A stretch of DNA of 64,000 bases from a virus (IMGVR_UViG_3300018421_000015:22300-86299), one strand, 5' to 3'; positions 28,709 through 38,640 are shown, counted from the stretch's first letter. The notes: generated from the sequence alone by a model not told the origin. Numbers and translations: made by a program.

Positions 28709-28715
28709 ATAGCTT

Positions 28716-29141
28716 ATGAATGAGTATATGTATTTAGAAAAATTGACATTTGCTACTGCTGTTTCTTACACTGTAGCTGAAACTATTTATAAAATCAAGG
28801 AAAACAGATTTACTCAGCCTAAAAATGTTAAAAAATGGCAAATGGTAATCAGTGATGCACTTCATCATTTTCAATACGACTTATCTGCAGTGGTGGAACA
28901 AAAAGGGTATCAATTTACAAAAATACCATTTGCATACTGCCACGTAGATTCAAGAACATTGATAAGTAATCGATACAGTGGATGTGATGCAAGAATATAT
29001 CTAAACATTGGACCTGGTACAATAAACCTACCAATGGATTTAGAAGTTGGTGATGCGATGATCACGACAACAAGAGAAAACACATTTTACTCAAAACCAC
29101 AAAGTATAGTTTTTTATAGAGATTTAGTAAAAAATGACTAA
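28716..29141 (+). CDS. hypothetical protein (possibly degenerate DSBH oxygenase)
   Basis: Contains HVD but no clear distal His. Co-oriented with the P450. Confidence 0.6.
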   Translation: MNEYMYLEKLTFATAVSYTVAETIYKIKENRFTQPKNVKKWQMVISDALHHFQYDLSAVVEQKGYQFTKIPFAYCHVDSRTLISNRYSGCDARIYLNIGPGTINLPMDLEVGDAMITTTRENTFYSKPQSIVFYRDLVKND

Positions 29142-30357
29142 GGATGCAATAAGTGATCAATGGATACTTGACCTATCTGTTGATCACCATGATCGCGAAA
29201 TAAGATCCTCAATCTTTAAAGCGTATACTGAATTAAGAAAACCCGTATGGTTTAATGACCATAAAAGGCCAGATGTAAACTATTTATCAGTTTTTACCTG
29301 GGATGACGTAAGCTTAGTTAGTTCAAAATCAGATATTTTTCACTCTAAGGAGGGTTATCTTATAAATGACAACTTTGACAGAATGTCTTTTGATGGCTCA
29401 CTCTTGTCAATGAATGGGGAAGAGCACAAGAACATGAGGGCAATTGTTTCTTTCATATTTACAAATAAAATGGTCCAAGAACTGGAGCCTATGATAAGAA
29501 GAATAGCCAAAAAAGCCTTTGAGCAGGTTTTGTCACAAAATGATAAAATTGATATATTTAAAACTGTATGTACAGATATACCTTTAAATATAAATGCAGA
29601 AATGATGGGCATGCCGGAAGAGTTGAAGTATGAAATTTTAAATTTAACAAAATTTATAGTTGTAAATGATGATCCCGACTATGGGAATAGTAAACCACTA
29701 AAATGGCTCCAAGCGACAAAAAGAATGAAAAACCATGCCCTGTCTATTGGTGAGTTAAACAAAAATTCTCAAAACACTAATATGACGACTATGCTCCTAA
29801 ATTCCATGGATAACTCCAAGAATCTTACCTTAGAAGAATACTCTCAATTTTTCATGCTATTAGTCATTGCGGGCATGGAAACAACTACTCATTCCCTGGC
29901 TCATGGAATAAAGTTGTTGTATCAAAATCCGGATCAACTTGATTTACTTAAAAATAATTTCGACACCTATATAGAAACAGCTTGCGAAGAAATACTAAGA
30001 GTTGAACCAACAGTGCTACACTTCAGAAGAACTGCGACTATTGATACCGAAATATCTGGTGTACCAGTAAAAAAGGGTGACAGAATACTTACCTGGTACA
30101 ATTGTGCGAATAACGATTCGGAAAAATTTAATAACCCCTATGAATTTGACATAACAAGGCCCAAAAGACCTCCCCATACAACCTTCGGTGGACCTGGCAT
30201 ACACCATTGCCTGGGGGCCGGACTAGCTAGACTTGAAATGAAAATATTTTACGAATATTTATTTGAATATATTCCTGAAATAAAGTTAGACCTTGATAAC
30301 ATTAAATATGTTAAAACACGCTGGGCAAATGGTTACAAATCAATGCCACTAAAATAA
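29134..30357 (+). CDS. Cytochrome P450 (CYP125/124-like signature)
   Basis: I-helix AGMETT, ExxR (EEILR), heme motif FGGPGIHHCLGAGLARLE. Confidence 0.95.
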   Translation: MTKDAISDQWILDLSVDHHDREIRSSIFKAYTELRKPVWFNDHKRPDVNYLSVFTWDDVSLVSSKSDIFHSKEGYLINDNFDRMSFDGSLLSMNGEEHKNMRAIVSFIFTNKMVQELEPMIRRIAKKAFEQVLSQNDKIDIFKTVCTDIPLNINAEMMGMPEELKYEILNLTKFIVVNDDPDYGNSKPLKWLQATKRMKNHALSIGELNKNSQNTNMTTMLLNSMDNSKNLTLEEYSQFFMLLVIAGMETTTHSLAHGIKLLYQNPDQLDLLKNNFDTYIETACEEILRVEPTVLHFRRTATIDTEISGVPVKKGDRILTWYNCANNDSEKFNNPYEFDITRPKRPPHTTFGGPGIHHCLGAGLARLEMKIFYEYLFEYIPEIKLDLDNIKYVKTRWANGYKSMPLK

Positions 30358-30430
30358 AAAACCCTATAGGGACAAAAAATAGGAAAAAATTTTAAGGCCC
30401 TTTTTTGTTTTACAGTTTTTTAAATAATTT
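30355..30430. repeat. Non-coding ~75-bp element, copy 1 (palindrome CCCTATAGGG plus A-tracts and T-tracts)
   Basis: AAAAACCCTATAGGG..AAAAATAGG.AAAAATTTT...TTTTTGTTTT, similar to 32604..32678. Confidence 0.75.
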
Positions 30431-30445
30431 GAAAACTATACATAA

Positions 30446-31426
30446 TTAAAGGTTGAAATTGTTACCATTATAATTCCTAAAAAAAATTCTATCATACTTT
30501 ATATCGTATAATAAATTTAGAATTTCGTGAGCGGAGACCCAAAAATTTTCTCCATGCTTCCAGTTGTGTAAATCTAAAGTAACAGCTTCACCTTGATGTG
30601 GACCGTCACCGGTAAATACGCCTACAGTATTAAAACCAGCTTTAATTATCTGTTCTATCTTTTCTTGTAATTCTTCTTCGTTTTTAGATTCAGCTTTTAG
30701 CTCATAATAATAGTCTTTGTAGTCAGTTTCATACTGAATATACGATCTAGTGAAATACTTTTCCCCACCAGAAACCAGTCCTACGGCGTGGAAGTAGGGA
30801 TTTCTATTTGGAAATTCTGGATAAAGAGGAGATCCTGATGGAAATACTATGAGATCACCTTTTACAGGTTTATAAGGAATAATGCTATCGTCATGATAAA
30901 ATATAATCTCCCCACCCTCATAGTCATCATTAATGTAAAGATTAGCGGTCAATAAAAACTGACGAGACTCCAAAAACCATTTACCAATTTCATAATCTGT
31001 GTGAAACTGCATGGCTAAACCGCCCCATCTTGAATCCCTAGTGTCATCAAGCCATTCGGCTCTAATGTATTTAGCTATATTAGGACTAGTGATTATATGA
31101 TTATCGGGAATGTTTACTTTTTTCAGGTCAACATAATGGTCGATACAGTTTTTGGTAGCATTGCTGATTACTTCTACAATTTCTCTTTCTGCTAAAGCTA
31201 CGGGATTGTCAGGATTTTTTTCAACAATGTCATCATAGTCAGCATATTTAACACCTGTTAAAATATTCGTATACGTCCCGAAAACAAACCACTGAGACCA
31301 CTCTTCTAAAATAAACTCCCCATGACTATTATTCTCACTGTATTTAATCTTGTCCAGCAAAGAGTCAATGTCATCTACAGAATTTTTATATACAATTATT
31401 GATGGGTGTATTTCTTCGAAATCCAT
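30446..31426 (-). CDS. 2OG-Fe(II) oxygenase, P4H-like
   Basis: HTD...YINDDYEGGEI...FHAV...GEKY. Confidence 0.9.
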   Translation of the reverse strand: MDFEEIHPSIIVYKNSVDDIDSLLDKIKYSENNSHGEFILEEWSQWFVFGTYTNILTGVKYADYDDIVEKNPDNPVALAEREIVEVISNATKNCIDHYVDLKKVNIPDNHIITSPNIAKYIRAEWLDDTRDSRWGGLAMQFHTDYEIGKWFLESRQFLLTANLYINDDYEGGEIIFYHDDSIIPYKPVKGDLIVFPSGSPLYPEFPNRNPYFHAVGLVSGGEKYFTRSYIQYETDYKDYYYELKAESKNEEELQEKIEQIIKAGFNTVGVFTGDGPHQGEAVTLDLHNWKHGENFWVSAHEILNLLYDIKYDRIFFRNYNGNNFNL

Positions 31427-31437
31427 ATAAATCTATA

Positions 31438-32025
31438 TCAATTAGGGCTTCTAAAGTTTGCGTAATGATCAATATCTATTACTGTTGGATCGACCCACCA
31501 ATCTTCATGTATGTCTTTAAACAAGAGCGTATAGCCCAAACAGTCTAATATCTCTCTTTGGGAATCGCGCATTCCTGCATTTCTAAAATACATATTAGTG
31601 TCATGCTCGAAAGTAATAACATTAAATCTATACTTACTTAACGGTAAACTAATTAGTCCTAACAAAGTTGTATAATGATTACCAAAAGGTCTTTGAGCGG
31701 GATCATAACCGGCATCTATATCTACCTGCAAAAAATCTATTTGATTGGGAAAATTGTTTTCTTCAAAGTAGCACAGGTAATCAAAACTAAGGGCATCTCC
31801 CAAACACGGGTTTGATCTATTGGAAATAAACTCCTGTCTTCTTTCATCTTCAATTTCAAAAGAAACACCCTTCCAATCAAAATCTCTTTCAAGATAATAG
31901 GTATTACTGCCATGAGTCGAATGAAATGCTCCCAGTTCAACGTAATATCCATTTTTTTTATATTTATTAATATCTAATACAAACTTTTCCTGTCTGCTAT
32001 TTCCATTATAATTCATTGTTTTCAC
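31438..32025 (-). CDS. FkbM-family SAM methyltransferase
   Basis: GYYVELGA...SNTY.LE...WKGV, IDFLQVDID, VITFEHD. Confidence 0.85.
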   Translation of the reverse strand: MKTMNYNGNSRQEKFVLDINKYKKNGYYVELGAFHSTHGSNTYYLERDFDWKGVSFEIEDERRQEFISNRSNPCLGDALSFDYLCYFEENNFPNQIDFLQVDIDAGYDPAQRPFGNHYTTLLGLISLPLSKYRFNVITFEHDTNMYFRNAGMRDSQREILDCLGYTLLFKDIHEDWWVDPTVIDIDHYANFRSPN

Positions 32026-32552
32026 TCAACTTCCCAAAAATAGTTTACTGATATTTTTTGACCTTCTATAACTTCCATTGAACCGTGCAGCAGCTTTGCA
32101 TCAAAAGCTACCATTCTATTTCTTTTAGAATCTATTTTTATATCTAAATCTGGAAAATATAGCTCCCCACCTTCTCTCGGCTGCTCCACAAAGTGAACAG
32201 CTGAGAACACATGTATATCATGATTAACACCATCACCATCTTTATGGTAATTATCTACATGATACCCCTTACTTCCACCTACTGGATATATTATAGCACT
32301 AATGTGGCTTTTTCTTTTTAATTTAGAAAGAAAAATACCCTCAACGTATCCCTGAATAGTGCCACAATAGTCTTCTATGAGCTTGCCCATTTTATGATCA
32401 TGATGAGATGTAAACATATTGGCTCTGTCGCCAGAATGATACTCGTAGCTATCGGGATAGCTTTTAATATACGATTCAACTTGATCTATGTTGTCATACA
32501 TATCATCAATTACAAATATTTTTTCATTTACCTTCTCAATATACTTTAACAT
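32022..32552 (-). CDS. 2OG-Fe(II) oxygenase
   Basis: HVD...EGGELYFP...LHG...GQKIS. Confidence 0.85.
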   Translation of the reverse strand: MLKYIEKVNEKIFVIDDMYDNIDQVESYIKSYPDSYEYHSGDRANMFTSHHDHKMGKLIEDYCGTIQGYVEGIFLSKLKRKSHISAIIYPVGGSKGYHVDNYHKDGDGVNHDIHVFSAVHFVEQPREGGELYFPDLDIKIDSKRNRMVAFDAKLLHGSMEVIEGQKISVNYFWEVE

Positions 32553-32603
32553 AACTATCACAACCTTAAACGCATTTTACCATTTCTGATGGAATCTATC
32601 AAG

Positions 32604-32678
32604 TAAAAACCCTATAGGGTTAAAAATAGGGAAAAATTTTATAAGGGGTTTTTGTTTTTAAACTTTTTTTCTAAATTT
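32604..32678. repeat. Non-coding ~75-bp element, copy 2
   Basis: 14-bp palindrome AACCCTATAGGGTT (32608-32621) followed by the same A/T-tract pattern as copy 1. Confidence 0.75.
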
Positions 32679-32683
32679 GGTTT

Positions 32684-33601
32684 TTACAGAAAATCTATCC
32701 ATTCCCTGTTGTAATCTAAGGTGGATAAAAAGTTTTCCTCCATACTTATATCCAATAGGCTTTCAGTATAATGCAAGTGATGATGTAGTCCTGGATGAGC
32801 TTGAGTATCTACAGCCGAGTCCCAGAAATATTTTAGATGATCTGGAATATCGTAGGCGTGTTTGCCGCAGGGGGCTTCAAATGACCAATGTGTATCTTCA
32901 TAATTAAAACAGCCTGTTGAATCAAGACCTTTTATGTATCCAAGATTATAGAAAATATTTTGAGTGTACAAATCCCATGATGATACTGTCACCTCTACTC
33001 CCAGACTCTTACAGATGGCTAAACATAGTTCTAAAGTTTTTATAGTGTCATGAAGCTTGTATTCAACCGATGGAAAATATTTCTTTAAATATGTATCATT
33101 TAACCAAGCTATACGCTTATTATTTATAGTAAAACCCGCTTTAGGATTGAACTCTAAATGTTTCGTATGCATTGTTTTCAGATCGGTAATCTGCGTCCTA
33201 AAAATATCTGGCATGAGGATATAGACCTGTTTCGGTGTTGCTAAATCTTTACAAGAAAGATAGCCCACCAATAGCTCTAGTATAGAAATAATATTAAGGC
33301 CCGGTTGTGCAACAACATTAACTTTATTGCCAGTAATTTGCTGAAGCATATAAGGCCAAGTTAACTGATGGGGAATTCCGACAGAAGCAGTAACTGAACA
33401 GCCAAGCGCAACAACTTCAGCATCGCATGCTATATCTTCTCCTACTATATTAAGGGAATTTTTTTGGTAGGGAAAATCACCGTATACCACTTTATCAATA
33501 TTACCGTATTGTTTAAAGAAAAAATCTACTGACTCGGATTCATGATCCACTGCCAGAACCCTTGCCTCTATTAAAATATTATCTATGTTTATACTTCTCA
33601 T
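32684..33601 (-). CDS. SGNH/GDSL-like protein
   Basis: ALGCSVT block I, WP, and C-terminal D..HPG..HH. Confidence 0.7.
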   Translation of the reverse strand: MRSINIDNILIEARVLAVDHESESVDFFFKQYGNIDKVVYGDFPYQKNSLNIVGEDIACDAEVVALGCSVTASVGIPHQLTWPYMLQQITGNKVNVVAQPGLNIISILELLVGYLSCKDLATPKQVYILMPDIFRTQITDLKTMHTKHLEFNPKAGFTINNKRIAWLNDTYLKKYFPSVEYKLHDTIKTLELCLAICKSLGVEVTVSSWDLYTQNIFYNLGYIKGLDSTGCFNYEDTHWSFEAPCGKHAYDIPDHLKYFWDSAVDTQAHPGLHHHLHYTESLLDISMEENFLSTLDYNREWIDFL

Positions 33602-33609
33602 TACTACTC

Positions 33610-35052
33610 TTAGACTATTCTTACGTGTGGATTAACTTTTTTCCATCTTATTACATCTTTTTCAGAATTTATAAGTGGTTCACCTTTTATGTTTAAACTG
33701 GTATTCAATAATATGGGTATTCCGGTATGATTTTCCCATTCTTTTAAAGTGTGATACAGCCCGGGATGCTGTTGTTCGTTAACTGTTTGAACCCTAGATG
33801 TCCCGTCAACATGTACAACAGACGGTATTTCTTCAGGTCTTTTACACCTGACTGCATATTGCATGTATGGAGAAGGTTTATCAAGATCAAACCAATCACT
33901 AAAAGCATCTTCGGTAACTACGGGTGCAAAAGGTCTAAACATTTCCCTCTTCTTTACCGTGTTCACCTTATCCTTTATGCCTGGATCTCTCGGATCAGCA
34001 AGTATGCTTCTATTACCCAATGCCCTAGGGCCAAACTCTGCCCTACCTGAAGCTACAGCTACGACTGACTTAGATTTAAGCTCTGCTAATATTTTTTCAA
34101 CTGGATACTCTCCAGGAATGTTATGCCCAAGATAAGGACCATTCCAGTTAACATGCTTTTGATCATAGAGCAGAGCTGCACCCAGGCTTGAACCAGCATC
34201 ACCTGGGTTTGGCATAATCCATATATCGTTCCAGTGTTGAATTAATTTTGCATTGGCTGAGCAGTTGAGTGCGCAGCCACCCATATAAACAAGGTTCTTG
34301 CAGCCTGTTAAATTTCTAGCAAACGACATAAATTCTATTAACCTATTCTCAAATACCACCTGAACAGCGGCTGCTATATCAAACTTATCTTGATCTGACC
34401 TTATTTTAAACGGGAAATTATTAACTCCAATGTGAAAGTTTTGAGATTGACTATCAAAAGATGGGAAACTATCGTTTATGTATGAAAAATATCTCCCAGG
34501 ACTGCCAAACCCAGCCATTCCCATAAGAATATATTCCTCTGTTCCAGGAACAAGTCCAAGGAGTTGAGTGTACGCACTATAAAACAGTCCAAAACTAGCG
34601 GGATAATTTATAGAGTATTTTTTTTCTATACTAAAACCATTAGCGTACCAAATGGTAGCAGTTTCAAATTCCCCTATAGCGTCTATGACGACCACTGTTG
34701 CTTCATTAAAGGGGCTTGTATAGTACCCGGCGCACGCATGAGAAAGGTGATGATCTGATTGATACTCCCTTATACCTTTTAGTGAATCAATATTTTTTTT
34801 ATATAATTTATTATATTCACCATTTATTCCACCATATATAAGTCTTCTAATTCTTTTGCTAATTCTGTTTTCATAGTAAGCTATAAAATCTGGAGTACCA
34901 TACGTAAGAGCATCGTTGATCAAGCCATTGCTTATCTGCCAGTCATTTTTAACTCTAGAGTACCTTTCGGAATGACCAGCAAAAAGTATATCAGAGTCAT
35001 GTATCAAAGCAATAGCGGCGTCGTGGCTACAGTCGTTTATCCCCAGTATCAT
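33610..35052 (-). CDS. Carbamoyltransferase (NodU/CmcH/TobZ family)
   Basis: HDAAIAL, ERYSRVK, HHLSHA, GGCALNC, PGDAGSSLG, EFGPRALGNRS, FRPFAP, HVDGTSRVQT, LNTSLN. Confidence 0.95.
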   Translation of the reverse strand: MILGINDCSHDAAIALIHDSDILFAGHSERYSRVKNDWQISNGLINDALTYGTPDFIAYYENRISKRIRRLIYGGINGEYNKLYKKNIDSLKGIREYQSDHHLSHACAGYYTSPFNEATVVVIDAIGEFETATIWYANGFSIEKKYSINYPASFGLFYSAYTQLLGLVPGTEEYILMGMAGFGSPGRYFSYINDSFPSFDSQSQNFHIGVNNFPFKIRSDQDKFDIAAAVQVVFENRLIEFMSFARNLTGCKNLVYMGGCALNCSANAKLIQHWNDIWIMPNPGDAGSSLGAALLYDQKHVNWNGPYLGHNIPGEYPVEKILAELKSKSVVAVASGRAEFGPRALGNRSILADPRDPGIKDKVNTVKKREMFRPFAPVVTEDAFSDWFDLDKPSPYMQYAVRCKRPEEIPSVVHVDGTSRVQTVNEQQHPGLYHTLKEWENHTGIPILLNTSLNIKGEPLINSEKDVIRWKKVNPHVRIV

Positions 35053-35076
35053 ACGGGCATCCAATCATTAAATCTT

Positions 35077-35190
35077 TTAGTATATAAACCTATTTGGTTC
35101 TTTATACTTTTTATTTTTTGTTATGAGAAACATTATTTTTTTAAAACTTTTTTTAATTCTAAATTTAATTAGATTATAAGAAATATTCAC
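35077..35190 (-). CDS. 37-aa basic peptide ending RFIY (not in ORF track)
   Basis: GAGGT RBS, GTG start, MNISYNLIKFRIKKSFKKIMFLITKNKKYKEPNRFIY*. Fills the gap before the carbamoyltransferase. Confidence 0.6.
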   Translation of the reverse strand: MNISYNLIKFRIKKSFKKIMFLITKNKKYKEPNRFIY

Positions 35191-35192
35191 AG

Positions 35193-36305
35193 TTATTTAC
35201 CTCTTTCATTACTAGGTTTGCGAACGACTTTAACATCTGGGAGTGGTTCAGATATTATACTTAAAACTCTTTCAGAAATAGGTCTTTTTAGAAATCTTTC
35301 AGCGTAATGTAATTGTGCATGTATACCGGGATGTGATTTATCAGCTGCTATAGACCAGTAGTTGTGACCAGACATGGGGTGATGTAGGTGGCAATTTTCA
35401 TTGTCAATCTTATCCACAAACCAATGAACTGTATTCATATATGAGTCTAGCTCATCGAGAGAGTCAAAATCCTCGATAGTTTTTACCACTTCTGATTCAC
35501 TCTTATAAATATCATTACACAAAGCTTCATCCGAAATACACAATTTAAGAACCTCGTTGGTAATCATGTCCCATGAAGATACTTTAAGTTCTATACCCAT
35601 GTTACGACATAGTGACTCAATTCTGCATAGTTCAGATATATTCTGCAGTATACCTGATTCAATCGGGTAACTATATCTTTTACCATACAGACCTCTGTAG
35701 GTGTGTGGACCAAGATTCATGTTAGTGGAATAGTCTTTAAAATCTGTAAACCAACTAAAAGACTTTGTGTTAAAAACGTAGTTATCTTTAGAGATAGGAT
35801 CAATTTCCATAACTTTTAATCTAAAAATATCTGGAGAAAGTAAGAACACTTTTTCTGGCTTACCATATAAATCTATATATTTATAAAAACTGTCTAGGCA
35901 GTACGCAATACCCTTTCCTGGATTAGCTAAGACATTGATTGGGTAACCAAGTTCTTTAGATAATATGTAAGGCCATGTCCATTTATGCCAAAGCCCGCAC
36001 CCAGCAGTTACAGAGCAACCAAGTGCTAAGGCAGGGGCTCCCTCTACGAAATCTTCTCCGGGTATACCCAAATTGTTAACTCTATAAAACATATCCTCAA
36101 CGGGAGGATGCCAATGTGAGCCATCAGCATAGAAGGGGGTATCTCCCGCTCTTAAGTAATTAACGTCCCACAAATACTCTGTAATTTGACCATTATCAGA
36201 TGGATCCTTTATTATTCCAACTATCTGAGGTATATCAGAAATTTTGATATTTAAATTTTGAATTGATTTTCTTTTAAAAAAATTCCACATACTAAAACTC
36301 ATCAT
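35193..36305 (-). CDS. SGNH/GDSL-like protein (paralogue of 32684..33601)
   Basis: ALGCSVTAGCG, TWPY.L, PDIFR, VSSWD, DKSHPGIHAQLHY. Confidence 0.72.
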   Translation of the reverse strand: MMSFSMWNFFKRKSIQNLNIKISDIPQIVGIIKDPSDNGQITEYLWDVNYLRAGDTPFYADGSHWHPPVEDMFYRVNNLGIPGEDFVEGAPALALGCSVTAGCGLWHKWTWPYILSKELGYPINVLANPGKGIAYCLDSFYKYIDLYGKPEKVFLLSPDIFRLKVMEIDPISKDNYVFNTKSFSWFTDFKDYSTNMNLGPHTYRGLYGKRYSYPIESGILQNISELCRIESLCRNMGIELKVSSWDMITNEVLKLCISDEALCNDIYKSESEVVKTIEDFDSLDELDSYMNTVHWFVDKIDNENCHLHHPMSGHNYWSIAADKSHPGIHAQLHYAERFLKRPISERVLSIISEPLPDVKVVRKPSNERGK

Positions 36306-37329
36306 CTATATCTACTAGCACATCTTTTAGCTTTATCCCAACTTTATTCTGAAAATCCTTAAAACTTTCTTCATCTGGTGCACCCCAATATCCTATCTCT
36401 TTTCCGGTAAGGATCCTATGTAGTCTAGAAGAAGACCTATTCATCGGATCGTCCGTTTTTATTTCATTATAGAAAAACTTTTCTCTTCTTCTATCAGTTA
36501 AACGACGCCAAGAAATATCGCCATCTTCATAATTAAATCCATTTTCATCGAACTCTTTACCTTTATGATAAAAGTAATTTAAATCAGGAACAAAAATTCT
36601 ATAGCCCCTAGATACAGCCCTTAAAGAAATGGCCTCTTCTTCTCCATAAAAGAATATTTCAGGATCCCATACACACTCAGATAAAAAAGATGTCTTTGCA
36701 AACAAAAAGTTACCAGAAATTATATGGTGCTCCACAACTCCAGAAACCCTTCTATCTACAGTGGTATGAACTTTATTGATATAGTCATAGTTATCATAAA
36801 CTATAGAATCCTCATACATAACATCATTAATAATGATACTACGATACAGAATGTCATCATAGCTAGTATTAAATTGCAACCCTAAGCCTAATGTTGATCT
36901 TGCAAAAGAATAATTATCTTTAATAATTTCATTATTTTTACCTCTACTAAAATTAGGTATCCTATAACTTATAATAGGCTTATCTGCATATCCAAGCAGT
37001 TTCTTAAAGTACTCGACAATATATGTATCCCAGCCCTCATCGAAGATAGTATGAGCATCGACAGCAAGGCAATATTCTTCACCATTGTTTAGATAGTAGG
37101 CGTTGATTCTTGCTAGTCCGGTACCCAACAAGTCTTCTGTTAACACCTTAACGTGTTTTACGTTATCAAACTTGCTAAAATCTGTAAATTTATTATCTGT
37201 TCTTTGTTCATATATCCCAAAAAATAATCTATCCGGATCATCCGCGTTCTCGATAGCTGATTCTACTGTCGTAAATATCTCTTTTTCATCGAATCCATTC
37301 AAGGGAATAAATATACTATCTTTCTGCAC
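36292..37329 (-). CDS. GT60-like glycosyltransferase (Skp1 hydroxyproline GlcNAc-transferase family)
   Basis: A..PDRLFFGIYEQ, G.GLAR, EEYCLAVDAHTIFDEGWD, SGNFLFA, WDPEIFFYGEE..ISLRA..RGY.IFVP. Confidence 0.8.
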   Translation of the reverse strand: MQKDSIFIPLNGFDEKEIFTTVESAIENADDPDRLFFGIYEQRTDNKFTDFSKFDNVKHVKVLTEDLLGTGLARINAYYLNNGEEYCLAVDAHTIFDEGWDTYIVEYFKKLLGYADKPIISYRIPNFSRGKNNEIIKDNYSFARSTLGLGLQFNTSYDDILYRSIIINDVMYEDSIVYDNYDYINKVHTTVDRRVSGVVEHHIISGNFLFAKTSFLSECVWDPEIFFYGEEEAISLRAVSRGYRIFVPDLNYFYHKGKEFDENGFNYEDGDISWRRLTDRRREKFFYNEIKTDDPMNRSSSRLHRILTGKEIGYWGAPDEESFKDFQNKVGIKLKDVLVDIDDEF

Positions 37330-37331
37330 TG

Positions 37332-37961
37332 CTAGACTTCCTGGGTAATAATTGGCCTATCCCAATACACAGACCAATCAGCGTTGGGAGATTTGTTCGG
37401 AGTTACTGGACCCCAATTCATACTAACCACTAAACGAGATTCTTCTGACTGGTTTCTGGAAGTCATATGCTGTATAAAAGAATTAAAGATAACCAGTGTA
37501 CCAACCTCTGGTTTGATACTCTTTACTCCATTTATTATACCACAATAATTATAGGTGAAGACCAGTTCCGCTGAACCTTCTGGAACCTGTGGATAATATG
37601 TTACACTGTAATACTCAGACGGATCTAAATGGAGATTTGAGTGATGAGTATGTGATATTACACTTTGATTTTTAACCAGATCAACAGCCCACGTATCATT
37701 TAATTGATATTCTTTTCCGAATAAAAATTTAAGCCTGTCTGCCACAGTTGATTCAAGTTTTGAAATTTCAGGAGTTACGGGCATAACCAGATCTTCAAAC
37801 TGAACAAAACCCCTTGAAACCACACCGTAATCTGGGCAGTCTTGGTCTATTGTTTTAGAATACTTTTTAATATCATTAGATATAATTTCTGGATCAACCT
37901 CATCAAGCTTATCGGTCCAAATGCAAAGATCTATTAATGGGATTTGATTAATCTTATTCAT
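37332..37961 (-). CDS. 2OG-Fe(II) oxygenase (TIGR02466-like)
   Basis: WAV...SHTH...SVTYY...LVIFNS...H...RLVVSMN. Confidence 0.8.
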   Translation of the reverse strand: MNKINQIPLIDLCIWTDKLDEVDPEIISNDIKKYSKTIDQDCPDYGVVSRGFVQFEDLVMPVTPEISKLESTVADRLKFLFGKEYQLNDTWAVDLVKNQSVISHTHHSNLHLDPSEYYSVTYYPQVPEGSAELVFTYNYCGIINGVKSIKPEVGTLVIFNSFIQHMTSRNQSEESRLVVSMNWGPVTPNKSPNADWSVYWDRPIITQEV

Positions 37962-38640
37962 AATAAAAATCCCCAGTTGAAAGAGCAGAAGGTGGACTAT
38001 CCTTATGCCACACATTGACAACCATTACTTGCCTAATGCCAGAATTGGTTACAGTAGTTTCATGCAACCTTCTACCGGCATCAAAGCATATCAACCTGTT
38101 AGGGACATAGGCCAATCTTTCTCTTTTTTCTGGCGGAGATGTTAGTCTATCAACATTCTCTCTCTCCAGAGCGTCTTCTGGACTTCCCTCTATCCATCCC
38201 TCATGAAGTTCTAGAAAGCCAGGATCTACACTTTCTTCAAAGCCATACCAAACACAACCATATGCTGGAGCATTGAAGCGTCGCTCCTTCTGGTACGCAA
38301 AAGTATCTTCGTCTACATGGATCCTTAGATACTGCCCTTGCATAAAAGTTCTAGTCCAGTATTCAAATCCACATATTTCCGAAAGTGGGAAAGGAAGAAA
38401 AGATTCATTACCCCATATTTCTTGGACAACTTTCTTACGTAAAGTATCGGCCTCAGAATTCCACCAACCATCCCAAAACATATATGGGGCGTAGCAGTCG
38501 GCGGCTTCATCGTGGAAATGGTTATTAGTTTCACCTATATTATAAACATCACCCATTGTCTCAGGAAAAAAGGTTTTATCATTTTTAATTGAATTGATTA
38601 GATTAGCATCTTTGATAAAATTATCTATAACTATCATCAT
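37954..38640 (-). CDS. 2OG-Fe(II) oxygenase-like
   Basis: GFEYW, HVDED, PNRLICFD...LHET...RQVMVVNVW. Confidence 0.8.
   Translation of the reverse strand: MMIVIDNFIKDANLINSIKNDKTFFPETMGDVYNIGETNNHFHDEAADCYAPYMFWDGWWNSEADTLRKKVVQEIWGNESFLPFPLSEICGFEYWTRTFMQGQYLRIHVDEDTFAYQKERRFNAPAYGCVWYGFEESVDPGFLELHEGWIEGSPEDALERENVDRLTSPPEKRERLAYVPNRLICFDAGRRLHETTVTNSGIRQVMVVNVWHKDSPPSALSTGDFYYE

Noticed and set aside
35131-35166. Possible third copy of the CCCTATAGGG element (similar T-tracts)
   Set aside because: It lacks the palindrome and is explained by Lys/Phe codons of the 37-aa peptide ORF.
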